Of a stretch of DNA of 64,000 bases, positions 27,430 to 36,543 are shown piece by piece (within the stretch, counting starts at the first letter, position 1; every line of letters starts with the position of its first letter). Both the position numbers and the translations under genes were made by a program. Origin of the DNA: Flavobacteriaceae bacterium (GTDB lineage Bacteria > Bacteroidota > Bacteroidia > Flavobacteriales > Flavobacteriaceae). The stretch is from contig JAFMLQ010000006.1 in assembly GCA_017852075.1 (NCBI GenBank), forward strand, positions 297 through 64,296. The letters are read 5' to 3'. Under the pieces are notes generated by a model, which made no database searches, was not told the DNA's origin, and saw nothing but the letters and a program-made list of their open reading frames with translations.

Positions 27430-28329
27430 TTAATTGTTCCACATATCCTGTTCAAAATCTCGAATCAAAGATTTGATTCGTTCAGATTCTAAAAGTTGAC
27501 GTAAAGCATCTTCGTAAATATATTCTTTCACCTCTCGGTCTTCGTACACATTTTCCTCTTTATAAATAATAGAATTGAACCTTCTAGAATTTAGCATCAT
27601 GTCAAAAGTAACAGGCTGTGAAGAATTTTTGGAATTGAATACGCTTTGCTTATTTAAGGTTTCTCGAGCATCTGGGAACCAGATCCAAAAAAGAGGTATT
27701 ATAACCTTTTCCGCAGAAGCGTCTGCCAAGGTGGACACATCTGGTGCACCTGGTGCAATTCCAAGTAAGCGGTACCTAAGTTCTCCCAATCTTTTATCAA
27801 AATACCATGTTCCCTTAATGAAATATTGGACTACTTTAAAGGAATCAACGATATAGGTATCGTAATCATTCTCTGTTACCTCTTCCCCAGAATTTGCTTT
27901 TGTTCTCCCATCTTCGGTCAAAACACTGTACTCTAATATGGGCTTCAAATCTTCAAAGGAAAGTTTTTGGTTAAAGTAATCAGTAGCATAAACTTCAGTA
28001 ATGTTTCCAGCTTCAATATTGTCCATCAGCACTCTAAACAAGGACTGACGATCACGAGATAAGTATCCGTTATTTTTGGTCGGGTAGTAGTAGGGAAAGT
28101 TGATTCTCTCATCCAAGTCTATGATCTCCCAAATAGTTTTTGCCCAAATGATATCACGGTCATCTACATATCCATATTCTATGGGAGCTACTTGATTGGC
28201 CGAAATTTGTTGCTCATTCAAAACGCCCACTTCTTGAGGAACTTTGGCATTCAACAGATTGGTCTGAGCCAGAACTGTATTCAGACCTAGTAGTACAAGA
28301 GATAAAACTGTAGATAACGTATTCTTCAT
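27430..28329 (-). CDS. gldN: Gliding motility / type IX secretion protein GldN
   Basis: 299 aa with a signal peptide. It is the fourth gene after gldK, gldL and gldM, in the conserved order. Confidence 0.8.
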   Translation of the reverse strand: MKNTLSTVLSLVLLGLNTVLAQTNLLNAKVPQEVGVLNEQQISANQVAPIEYGYVDDRDIIWAKTIWEIIDLDERINFPYYYPTKNNGYLSRDRQSLFRVLMDNIEAGNITEVYATDYFNQKLSFEDLKPILEYSVLTEDGRTKANSGEEVTENDYDTYIVDSFKVVQYFIKGTWYFDKRLGELRYRLLGIAPGAPDVSTLADASAEKVIIPLFWIWFPDARETLNKQSVFNSKNSSQPVTFDMMLNSRRFNSIIYKEENVYEDREVKEYIYEDALRQLLESERIKSLIRDFEQDMWNN

Positions 28330-28341
28330 GAGTACAATATA

Positions 28342-29919
28342 TTAGTTAACTGTAATCGATATGGGTGAGGTTTGCCCAAGTTTATAACTTGGATTTGATG
28401 GAATTATTACTTCAATATCAGAAATAATTACAGTTTGACCATTTTTAATTCGACTCAACATCGATTTCGCTTTGCTGTCTAGCTGATTTCCATTGACAAC
28501 GATACTGGGTTGTCCAGGAGCTCGAAAACGGAAGGATTTGGTTTCTAAAGGCAGATCAAAATCAAAGTCTTCAAGCCGTGCTTCTACTGTCCCTCTTTCC
28601 AAACTGGATTTTGGGATGGTAAAAGAACCTGATTTTCCTCTAAAGTAACCTGCTGGTTTAGGTATTTCTTTAATTCTAAAGGTAGAAACCGAGGAAACAC
28701 GATTCCCATCAGGAAGAGTTCCTGAAACGTTGATTTTTACCTCACGACCGCTAGAGGGAAATAGATTGTATTTACTCCCACGTACTCTTTTAAGACCTGG
28801 CGCGTTGGCAGAAATTTTACTGTCCGCAATTCCAGGAATGGAAATGGTCATCGGATTTTGAACTCCCCGATAAACCACATTCATTTTATCTGCAGAGATA
28901 ACCGCAGAATTGGGTTTTGCGATCACCGTATAGGTCTGTTTTACATTGATTTTAGATTCTTCTCCATCGTTCAAAAAGAGCAAATCTCCTTCTATGGTAT
29001 GGTCTCCAGGATTTCCTGAGTTTACTTTAAGTTTGATGCCTCCAGCGATTAATTCGTACTCAGATTCTGAAATTTTTCTACCGTCTATTTTTAAATCCAC
29101 ACCATTGGGGTTTTGAGCGCCTCCTTTTCTTCCTAAAATAACACTCCCATTAAAAGTTTCTCCAGGGTAATAAGCACCTTTTTCTGTTACCAACAAACTG
29201 GTATAGTTCATCTGATTAACTTTAGATGACATTTTTAACTCTTTACCCATCAGGGTCGTATAAACATCATTCTCCGTTTGACGGATATCGTTTTGCATCA
29301 TCGTCAATTTTGCCAAAGATGAAATTAATGGAAATCCTTTAAAATTAGCGTCCAACCAAGGTTCATCAATTTGATCTCTATTTTTTACATTGTTGTTTAG
29401 ATCACCTGTAAAAAAACGTGCTTCCACCATATCGATTGACTCAGGGTAGCGACTTCCAAATACTTGGATGACATGCATTTTATATTCCTGAATGATATCA
29501 ATAAATTTGTTTTTAGCGTCTTCAGAGCCTTCTTTAAACCAGATAACATCTAAAGCTTCTCCTTTATCCATTTGGGAGAACTCTTGTAATTCAGGATCTT
29601 TTTCCCTTTGTTTTTCGGTGATTTTTTTCTTTAGCTCTTCAATCACATTGTAAAAAGCGTCGGACTCTTCTTTGATCTGCTCTGCAGTTCTTTTATGGTC
29701 GATCCACTTACCGCCTTTCTCCTCTGCGTTGACTACAATATTTTCTAAGAGTGCTTCGTTACTGACCTCTACACGCTCATTTGCGTCAGAAATTTTTTCA
29801 AACATTTGGCCAAATCCATCTAATACTTCTTTACTCACATTGAGTGCAAGCATCGTGATAAATACCAAATACATCAGGCTGATTAGTTTCTGCCTGGGGG
29901 TTTCTTTTGCTCCTGCCAT
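28342..29919 (-). CDS. gldM: Gliding motility / type IX secretion protein GldM
   Basis: The N-terminus PRQKLISLMYLVFITMLALNVSKEVL is the hallmark GldM/PorM anchor; 525 aa. Confidence 0.88.
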   Translation of the reverse strand: MAGAKETPRQKLISLMYLVFITMLALNVSKEVLDGFGQMFEKISDANERVEVSNEALLENIVVNAEEKGGKWIDHKRTAEQIKEESDAFYNVIEELKKKITEKQREKDPELQEFSQMDKGEALDVIWFKEGSEDAKNKFIDIIQEYKMHVIQVFGSRYPESIDMVEARFFTGDLNNNVKNRDQIDEPWLDANFKGFPLISSLAKLTMMQNDIRQTENDVYTTLMGKELKMSSKVNQMNYTSLLVTEKGAYYPGETFNGSVILGRKGGAQNPNGVDLKIDGRKISESEYELIAGGIKLKVNSGNPGDHTIEGDLLFLNDGEESKINVKQTYTVIAKPNSAVISADKMNVVYRGVQNPMTISIPGIADSKISANAPGLKRVRGSKYNLFPSSGREVKINVSGTLPDGNRVSSVSTFRIKEIPKPAGYFRGKSGSFTIPKSSLERGTVEARLEDFDFDLPLETKSFRFRAPGQPSIVVNGNQLDSKAKSMLSRIKNGQTVIISDIEVIIPSNPSYKLGQTSPISITVN

Positions 29920-29926
29920 GGTCTAC

Positions 29927-30541
29927 TTATTTTTTGGACATTGCGTTAAGCATTCCTCCATAGACATTATTTAATGCGGCAAGGTTGGCAGAAAGACTTT
30001 CCATTTGTTGTTTAAGCTCGTCTGCTTTTTGATTGGCATTAATTTGCTTTTGGTAATTTGCGTTAAGTTCTTCTAACTGTGAAGCGGCTTTAGCCAACTC
30101 ATTGGAATAGGTTTGAGAGGCAGACACTGCTTCTGAAGCAGGATTTAAAGCCTTCGCAGAACTTTCTAAATCTTTGATACTTTTTGCCAATGAGTTCATC
30201 AAATTGACATCTAATTTTGCTTCTTGCATTAAGGCATCAATTTTAGATGAAAGACCTTCATCTCCCCCTGCAGAAGTTTTGGCTGGAGCAGCTCCTTTTA
30301 ATTTTTTAACAAAATCCTGATGTTCTTCTTTAATTTCTCCTGTATTAAGTGCGGATACTGTAAAAATGAGTGCCTCAGTCCCTAGACCAAGTCCCAAAAC
30401 CAGTCCTCCTGTGATGGGCCCAATTTCCAAGTGTAGAATCTTAAAAAGTGCACCTATAATCACCACGGCTCCACCAAGCCCAAAAAGCATGTGCATGGCT
30501 ACTTTGCTTCTAAGTCGTTTGTTTAAAGCTTTATCTGTCAT
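29927..30541 (-). CDS. gldL: Gliding motility / type IX secretion protein GldL
   Basis: Two N-terminal TM helices (GGAVVIIGALFKILH) and a coiled-coil C-terminal half; 204 aa. Confidence 0.85.
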   Translation of the reverse strand: MTDKALNKRLRSKVAMHMLFGLGGAVVIIGALFKILHLEIGPITGGLVLGLGLGTEALIFTVSALNTGEIKEEHQDFVKKLKGAAPAKTSAGGDEGLSSKIDALMQEAKLDVNLMNSLAKSIKDLESSAKALNPASEAVSASQTYSNELAKAASQLEELNANYQKQINANQKADELKQQMESLSANLAALNNVYGGMLNAMSKK

Positions 30542-30582
30542 TGTTTTTGATTTTAAAATTAAATATAATAATAATAGCGGTT

Positions 30583-31959
30583 TTATTTGATTTTTACTTT
30601 TTGAGAACCGAGGTAATCCTGAACTGTTCGGAACCCGATATAGCTTCTAGCAGTATCTGAATATTCATAATCTCTGGAGCTTACTCGTAAAAAATAAGCT
30701 ACATCTTTCCAGGAGCCACCCCGAACCACTTTACGTTTTTCATTGGAGAATGAAATGTTAGGGTTCAACGAGGCAACATAATCATATGATCCAGCGTCAT
30801 AGGAAGAATTGGTCCATTCTGACACATTACCAGCCATATTATAAAGGTTATAGTCATTCGGTAGATAGGATTTTGCTTCTACAGTGTAAACTGCTTGATC
30901 CACAGCATAGTCTCCTCTTAGGGGTTTAAAGTTTGCCAAAAAACAAGCTCTGTCATTTAATAAATAAGGAGATCCCCAAGGGTAAGTACCTGAAGGTATT
31001 CCTCCACGTGCGGCATATTCCCATTCGGCTTCGTTGGGTAAACGAAAACGACTTACATTGGGCTTACCTTTATCTCGTTGATATCCATTTTTAAAGTTGG
31101 TTCTCCAATTACAAAAAGCAACCGCTTGAGACCAGGAAATTCCTACTACGGGATAATCTTGATACGCAGGGTGAGAAAAGTAATCGTTATGCATTGGTTC
31201 GTTGTAGGAGTATGTGAAATCTTTAATCCAAACGGTAGTGTCTGGATAAATTTGAATCTCCTCTTTTTTGATGAATGGCGTTCGGTCAACGAATTGTTTT
31301 CGGGTTCTTTTAGATTCTGCTGCAGCTGCTTCTGCATCGAACCAAGTATACGCATAAACCAGTTTGGATACGTCTAATTTGATTTCTCCGTTGTACCACA
31401 ATTCGGGTGGCAAATAGAGTGAGTCCATCACCTCTGCGTAGTTTTTATCTACAAAATCCTCAGTGTCCCAAGTAAGGTCTGAATCCCAGTTTAAAGCACG
31501 CCCTGCATAAAGATCTTCGGATAGATCATAGTAGTTTTCACGCATATATTTTTGAAACTCATTGAGTTTGGTGGTGTCTGCATCTTTAAAAGCAAATTCT
31601 CCTATGCCGTCTCGGTTATCTTCTCCCAATTCTAATTCATCTGCTTTTCTTGCAAGCATAGCTAGGGCGGTAGAATCTTTTACCCAATGAACAAATTGAC
31701 GATACTCACTATTTGTGATTTCAGTTTCATCCATATAGAAGGATGGAACGGTAACGGTTTTCGCTGGAGCGTTTTGTAGTTGGGCAAGGTCTTCATCAGA
31801 TTTCCCCATGATGTACGCCCCACCTTCGATAAGGACCATACCATAGGGTTTCTCCCCAAACCACTTTTTCTGTTTTACCCCGATTAGTTCTCCTCTGTTT
31901 TTGCTTCCACAAGAGAGAACTAATAAGCTGAGGGTTAATAAAACTAAAAGTTTTTTCAT
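30583..31959 (-). CDS. gldK: Gliding motility / type IX secretion lipoprotein GldK (FGE-sulfatase fold)
   Basis: Lipobox LLVLSCGS after MKKLLVLL (start at 31959). The formylglycine-generating-enzyme-like core is visible (RLPNEAEWEYAARGG, RGGSW). Confidence 0.88.
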   Translation of the reverse strand: MKKLLVLLTLSLLVLSCGSKNRGELIGVKQKKWFGEKPYGMVLIEGGAYIMGKSDEDLAQLQNAPAKTVTVPSFYMDETEITNSEYRQFVHWVKDSTALAMLARKADELELGEDNRDGIGEFAFKDADTTKLNEFQKYMRENYYDLSEDLYAGRALNWDSDLTWDTEDFVDKNYAEVMDSLYLPPELWYNGEIKLDVSKLVYAYTWFDAEAAAAESKRTRKQFVDRTPFIKKEEIQIYPDTTVWIKDFTYSYNEPMHNDYFSHPAYQDYPVVGISWSQAVAFCNWRTNFKNGYQRDKGKPNVSRFRLPNEAEWEYAARGGIPSGTYPWGSPYLLNDRACFLANFKPLRGDYAVDQAVYTVEAKSYLPNDYNLYNMAGNVSEWTNSSYDAGSYDYVASLNPNISFSNEKRKVVRGGSWKDVAYFLRVSSRDYEYSDTARSYIGFRTVQDYLGSQKVKIK

Positions 31960-32073
31960 CAAAATTTTATTAAGACGAGCTCTATATTTTAAAGACATAA
32001 AACTAGTCATTTTTTTTTACTATAGTTTTAATTCCTTACGGAATTCGTTTTTTGCCCAAATAATTCTCAAAAA

Positions 32074-33225
32074 TCAGTGCAACCTTCTAATGGCATTCAA
32101 CCATCTTTCAGGTAAAATATCCTTTGTTGCAGATTCATAATCCTTTTTGGTGCATGCTAATAACGTAGCAGTTTTTATTTTATTATACAAATGTGAATCA
32201 TTTGTTAATTCCATCCACCAGCGATTGCTTTTTTCGCTATTGTAAAATACCAAGGTCCGATCAGACAATGCTACTGAATACTTCAAAAAGCCCTCTTTGG
32301 TATTGACAGGGTACTCATCAAAACGATACTGTACTCCTTCTATAAAATACCATACGATTTGTGCCAATAACTGATCCATCATTGGGGTAGCAATAAGTTC
32401 ATGCAGTCCTAAAAAACTTACACGATCACTAATTCCTGCATACCGACTCAACGCGCAAATAGATCTAGAATCAATTCCATTGGGCTGTCCTTTGAGTGGG
32501 TCTGCTATGGCTTGCCATGACAGACATTTCATGTCTATACTTACAATATCTGCATCTCTAAAAACAGGTTCTGCTAGGGATGGTTCATCCAAAAGTTGTC
32601 CCAAACGTATTCCATCAAAATACAATTTGTCCATTAAATCTTTTTCTTCAAGGGCACAATAAAAACTTTGATATCCTAAGTTGGTATAATTTTGTAATAC
32701 GTTGGGTTTTTCCATTATGATTTTACTCATGTAGGAACGGTCTGAAATCAACTCCTCCTCTTGAGAAAAATCAAAAGAACGATCTACAGAAACTATATTG
32801 ACCAGTTGTTTGAATTCTTGAAAAACTTGATAAACTGGGAAGATCAAATCGTGACTTCCTCCTATAAAAATAGGAATGATGTTCATTTGTTTTAGATGAT
32901 ATCCTATTTCTTTGATTGCGAAGTAGGTGTCTTCAACTTTGGCTCCGTTTGGTAAGTCTCCAAGGTCAGCAATTTTCAAATTCCAATTTCCTGGATACAA
33001 TTCGTAAAATGATTTTCTAAACCGATTGACCTCATACTGGGAATTGGCAGAAAAACTATTGCGCTGCTCCGAAAGTCCAATGATTGCTATTTGAAGTCCC
33101 TTCAGTTCGGGTAGTCCAGAGCCCTCTTTGTGAATCGCGATATTTTTACCCAAGACTTGTTTTGGAGACAATGCTAGTCCCAAAATTGCCTCATTCGCAA
33201 CAGGAAGCAACAATTCTAAACTCAT
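32074..33225 (-). CDS. Arginase/formiminoglutamase-fold protein with divergent metal-ligand motifs
   Basis: The fold blocks are recognisable but altered: GGSHD (canonical GGDHS), VDRSFD (canonical DAHxD) and SIDMKCL (canonical SxDxDxxDP). ATGA overlap with the topA stop. Confidence 0.6.
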   Translation of the reverse strand: MSLELLLPVANEAILGLALSPKQVLGKNIAIHKEGSGLPELKGLQIAIIGLSEQRNSFSANSQYEVNRFRKSFYELYPGNWNLKIADLGDLPNGAKVEDTYFAIKEIGYHLKQMNIIPIFIGGSHDLIFPVYQVFQEFKQLVNIVSVDRSFDFSQEEELISDRSYMSKIIMEKPNVLQNYTNLGYQSFYCALEEKDLMDKLYFDGIRLGQLLDEPSLAEPVFRDADIVSIDMKCLSWQAIADPLKGQPNGIDSRSICALSRYAGISDRVSFLGLHELIATPMMDQLLAQIVWYFIEGVQYRFDEYPVNTKEGFLKYSVALSDRTLVFYNSEKSNRWWMELTNDSHLYNKIKTATLLACTKKDYESATKDILPERWLNAIRRLH

Positions 33226-35693
33226 TTTTTCTTAGCCGATTTTCTTTTTGCTTTTGGGGCTCCAAGATATTTTTCTGCTTGGGCCAGTGTCAGTTTTACA
33301 GCATCTACTTCTTTGCCAATCTCAACTTTTTGCTTGCCCCTAATGATATGATGTCTCCCCCATCGTGCTTTTTCTACACGTATTCCTGCCTCGTCCCAGT
33401 CGTGTATAATCTTATCTTTTTCCTTTTGAATTTTATCTTCTATTAGAGTGGTTATATCTTGATTACTCAGATTGTCGAAGTCGTATTTTTTATTGACATT
33501 AATAAAAAGACCGCTCCACTTTAAATACGGCCCAAAGCGACCTACGCCTTTGGTGACAGGAAGGTCGTTGTGCATATAAATGGGCGCATCAGCTTTTTGT
33601 TTTTCGTCAATTAACTGTTGTGCAGATTCCAAATCTACCTCAGTAGGCAACATTCCTTTGGGTAAAGAAACAAAAACGCCTTTGTGTTTCAGGTAAGGGC
33701 CAAATCTACCATTGTTAACTACGATCTCTTCCTCTAGATAAATTCCCAAGGTCTTGGGCATTTCAAAAAGCTGCATGGTCTCTTCAAAAGTGATGTTTTC
33801 CAGTTGCTGATTAGATCCTAAACTAGCAAAAATTGGTTTTTCTTCTTCATCGGGATCTCCGATTTGAGCAACTGGTCCAAATTTACCCAATCGGACTTTT
33901 ACAGTTCTTCCGGAACGTGGGTCCACACCCAAAATACGTTCGCCTGATTCGCGTTGTGCATTCTCCTTGACATGTTCTACAGTTGCATGAAATTGGTTGT
34001 AAAAACCCTTGAGCATCTCTGTCCAATCTTTTCCTCCTTTGGCAATATCATCAAAGTTTTGCTCTACCTCGGCAGTAAAATTAAAATCAAGAATGGTTTT
34101 AAAATTTTCAACAAGGAAATCATTCACAATCATCCCAATGTCAGTAGGTATAAGTTTCCCTTTGTCTGCCCCTACACGTTCGGTCAACTTTTTTTCTGTT
34201 ATGGTTCCTTGCTTTAAAGTCAACTGATCGTAGTCCCGATCCGTTCCTTCAGAGGCTCCTTTTTCTACATAATTTCGATTTTGAATGGTGGTAATCGTAG
34301 GGGCATAGGTAGAAGGTCTTCCAATACCAAGCTCCTCCATTTTTTTTACCAACGACGCTTCTGAATACCGATAAGGTGGTCTTGAAAAACGTTCTGTAAT
34401 TACCATTTTATTCAAGTGCAGTACTTCTCCTAATTTAACTTTAGGCAACATGGTGCTGTCTTCATCATCTTGGTCGTCCACTCCTTCTAGGTATAGCTTT
34501 AAAAACCCATCAAAGGTGATGACTTCACCTTTAGCAATAAAGGGGTCTGAATGAGTACTGGCTTCTATACTAATTTGAGTGCGTTCTAGGACAGCATCAC
34601 TCATTTGAGACGCTACAGTTCTACGCCAGATCAATTCGTATAGACGTGCCTGATCGTAGTCGATATTGAGCTCTTTTATTGAAAAATCTGTTGGGCGAAT
34701 GGCCTCATGAGCTTCTTGAGCTCCTTTATTTTTAGTTTTAAAATGACGCGGTTGAGAATAATTTTTCCCGTAGTTGGATTCAATTTGAGCGTTAATGTTT
34801 TTTTTGGCCTCCTCCGATAAGTTGACACTATCGGTACGCATGTAGGTAATATGTCCTGCCTCATAAAGTCGCTGTGCCAACGTCATAGTTTTACTCACAG
34901 AAAAATAAAGCTTTCTAGAGGCTTCTTGCTGAAGCGTAGAAGTGATAAAAGGGGGTGCAGGGCTTTTCTTAGCTGGACGTGTATTGATGTCACGAACCAG
35001 AAACTGGGCAGTGGCATTGTTTTGAAGAAATGCAGTAGCATCCTCTTTGGTTTCAATTACTTTTTGAAGCTGGGAAGGAATGAGTTTATTGTGTTCCGTT
35101 TGAAAAAGTGCTTGTGTTTTATAGCTTTTTTCGGGTAAGAAATTTCTGATTTCGCGTTCCCTTTCTACTAGGATCCGTACTGCGACAGATTGTACTCGCC
35201 CGGCAGAAAGCCCGCCCTTTACCTTACGCCACAATACGGGTGATAATTCATAGCCAACGAGTCGGTCTAAAATCCTTCGGGTCTGTTGAGCATTGACCAA
35301 ATTGTAATCGATGTCTCTTGGATTTTCTATCGCCTTTAAAATTGCGTTTTTTGTGATTTCGGAAAATACAATGCGCTTAGAGTTTTCTTTTGAAAGTTTT
35401 AGCGTATTGGCCAAATGCCACGCTATGGCCTCTCCTTCTCGGTCTTCATCACTTGCCAACCAAATTGTATCGGCCTTTTTGGCAAGACTTTTAAGTTCAT
35501 TTACCACTTTCTTTTTATCGCTACTTACGATATATTTTGCTGTAAAATCCCCTTGTACATCTACTCCTAATTCTTTGGAAGGAAGGTCTGCGATATGACC
35601 AAAACTGGAGGCAACTTTGTACTCCTTCCCTAAAAACTTTTCGATTGTTTTTGCTTTTGCAGGAGACTCTACAATTACTAAATTTTTGGCCAT
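33222..35693 (-). CDS. topA: DNA topoisomerase I
   Basis: The TOPRIM N-terminus (LVIVESPAKAKTIEKFLG) and the GHITYMRTDS active-site Tyr motif are present. The C-terminal domain has repeated GRFGPY modules and a Lys-rich tail. Confidence 0.95.
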   Translation of the reverse strand: MAKNLVIVESPAKAKTIEKFLGKEYKVASSFGHIADLPSKELGVDVQGDFTAKYIVSSDKKKVVNELKSLAKKADTIWLASDEDREGEAIAWHLANTLKLSKENSKRIVFSEITKNAILKAIENPRDIDYNLVNAQQTRRILDRLVGYELSPVLWRKVKGGLSAGRVQSVAVRILVEREREIRNFLPEKSYKTQALFQTEHNKLIPSQLQKVIETKEDATAFLQNNATAQFLVRDINTRPAKKSPAPPFITSTLQQEASRKLYFSVSKTMTLAQRLYEAGHITYMRTDSVNLSEEAKKNINAQIESNYGKNYSQPRHFKTKNKGAQEAHEAIRPTDFSIKELNIDYDQARLYELIWRRTVASQMSDAVLERTQISIEASTHSDPFIAKGEVITFDGFLKLYLEGVDDQDDEDSTMLPKVKLGEVLHLNKMVITERFSRPPYRYSEASLVKKMEELGIGRPSTYAPTITTIQNRNYVEKGASEGTDRDYDQLTLKQGTITEKKLTERVGADKGKLIPTDIGMIVNDFLVENFKTILDFNFTAEVEQNFDDIAKGGKDWTEMLKGFYNQFHATVEHVKENAQRESGERILGVDPRSGRTVKVRLGKFGPVAQIGDPDEEEKPIFASLGSNQQLENITFEETMQLFEMPKTLGIYLEEEIVVNNGRFGPYLKHKGVFVSLPKGMLPTEVDLESAQQLIDEKQKADAPIYMHNDLPVTKGVGRFGPYLKWSGLFINVNKKYDFDNLSNQDITTLIEDKIQKEKDKIIHDWDEAGIRVEKARWGRHHIIRGKQKVEIGKEVDAVKLTLAQAEKYLGAPKAKRKSAKKK

Positions 35694-35821
35694 TGATGCT
35701 AAATTTTGTGGACAAAAGTAGGTAAGTTTTTTTGGAACTTTAAAATTTTAAAGTGTTCAAATATTAAATTTCTCTTTTTAATCTTGTAATTTCACGTTCC
35801 GAAAACATAAACTTCAAATAC

Positions 35822-36457
35822 ATGAAGACGCTAGATTTATCACCGATAAAAAGCCTCTTTGAATCTGAATTGCTCCTTGAAATAGAAAAAGTGGGGGTTT
35901 ATAAAAAGATCCCACAGGGTGAATTGATGATTGATCTTGACGAAAAAGTTCAATTCATTCCACTGATTTTAGAAGGTGCTGTAAAAGTAGTTCGAGAGGA
36001 TGAATCTGGAGACGAATTGCTCCTTTATTTTGTGGAGTTTGGCAACACTTGCGCTATGACGTTAAATTGTTGCTTGGGGCATTCTAAAAGTGAAATTAGA
36101 GCCCTTTGTGAATCTGACGTAAGTTTAATTTTGATTCCTGTCCAATACATGGATCCCTGGCTTTCACAATTTAAATCGTGGCGCTCTTTTGTGTTCAATA
36201 GCTTTAATACACGCCTTTCAGAATTGCTAAAAGCGATCGATGCACTTACTTTTTTAAAACTGGATGAACGTTTAGAAAACTATTTGCTGGAAAAATCCAA
36301 AGTCCTCAAAAACAAGACGCTACACATTACGCATTTTGAAATTGCTGCAGACCTAAATTCATCACGAGTTGTTATTTCTCGCTTATTGAAACAGTTGGAA
36401 AATGAAGGTTTTGTAGCTTTGGGTAGAAATAGTATCCGCTTGCTGGACCAAACTTAA
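35822..36457 (+). CDS. Crp/Fnr-family transcriptional regulator with a four-cysteine cluster in the effector domain
   Basis: A cNMP-binding-like beta-roll plus a C-terminal HTH (EIAADLNSSRVVISRLLKQLENEG). Cysteines are at 77, 83, 84 and 96 (CAMTLNCCLGHSKSEIRALC). Confidence 0.8.
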   Translation: MKTLDLSPIKSLFESELLLEIEKVGVYKKIPQGELMIDLDEKVQFIPLILEGAVKVVREDESGDELLLYFVEFGNTCAMTLNCCLGHSKSEIRALCESDVSLILIPVQYMDPWLSQFKSWRSFVFNSFNTRLSELLKAIDALTFLKLDERLENYLLEKSKVLKNKTLHITHFEIAADLNSSRVVISRLLKQLENEGFVALGRNSIRLLDQT

Positions 36458-36461
36458 CCTT

Positions 36462-36475
36462 GTAACAAATGTTAC
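36462..36475. promoter_or_regulatory. Perfect palindrome GTAAC-AAAT-GTTAC (candidate Crp/Fnr-type operator)
   Basis: Read directly from the sequence. It shares the 5-4-5 architecture of FNR sites. It begins 5 nt after the regulator's stop codon, and its centre lies about 32 bp upstream of the centre of the -7 box at 36497-36504. Confidence 0.4.
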
Positions 36476-36496
36476 TTCTGTTCTAATTTAGAGTTC

Positions 36497-36504
36497 TATT
36501 TTTG
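36497..36504 (+). promoter_or_regulatory. -7 promoter box TATTTTTG for the SulP/persulfide-dioxygenase operon
   Basis: Exact TAnnTTTG, about 40 nt upstream of the 36544 start. Confidence 0.4.
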
Positions 36505-36543
36505 TTTAAAATTTAAATAAAACTGAAAAACTATTTTCCCTTT

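Noticed and set aside
27171-27455. 94-aa minus-strand ORF spanning the gldN / oxidoreductase junction
   Set aside because: It runs straight through the strong gldN terminator hairpin and overlaps two well-supported genes in other frames.
32030-32045. Hairpin AATTCC-TTAC-GGAATT followed by a T-run, read as a plus-strand terminator
   Set aside because: No plus-strand gene ends upstream of it. On the relevant minus strand it is followed by an A-rich tract, so it is not a canonical terminator between the arginase-like gene and gldK. It may be a leader structure, but I have no support for a function.
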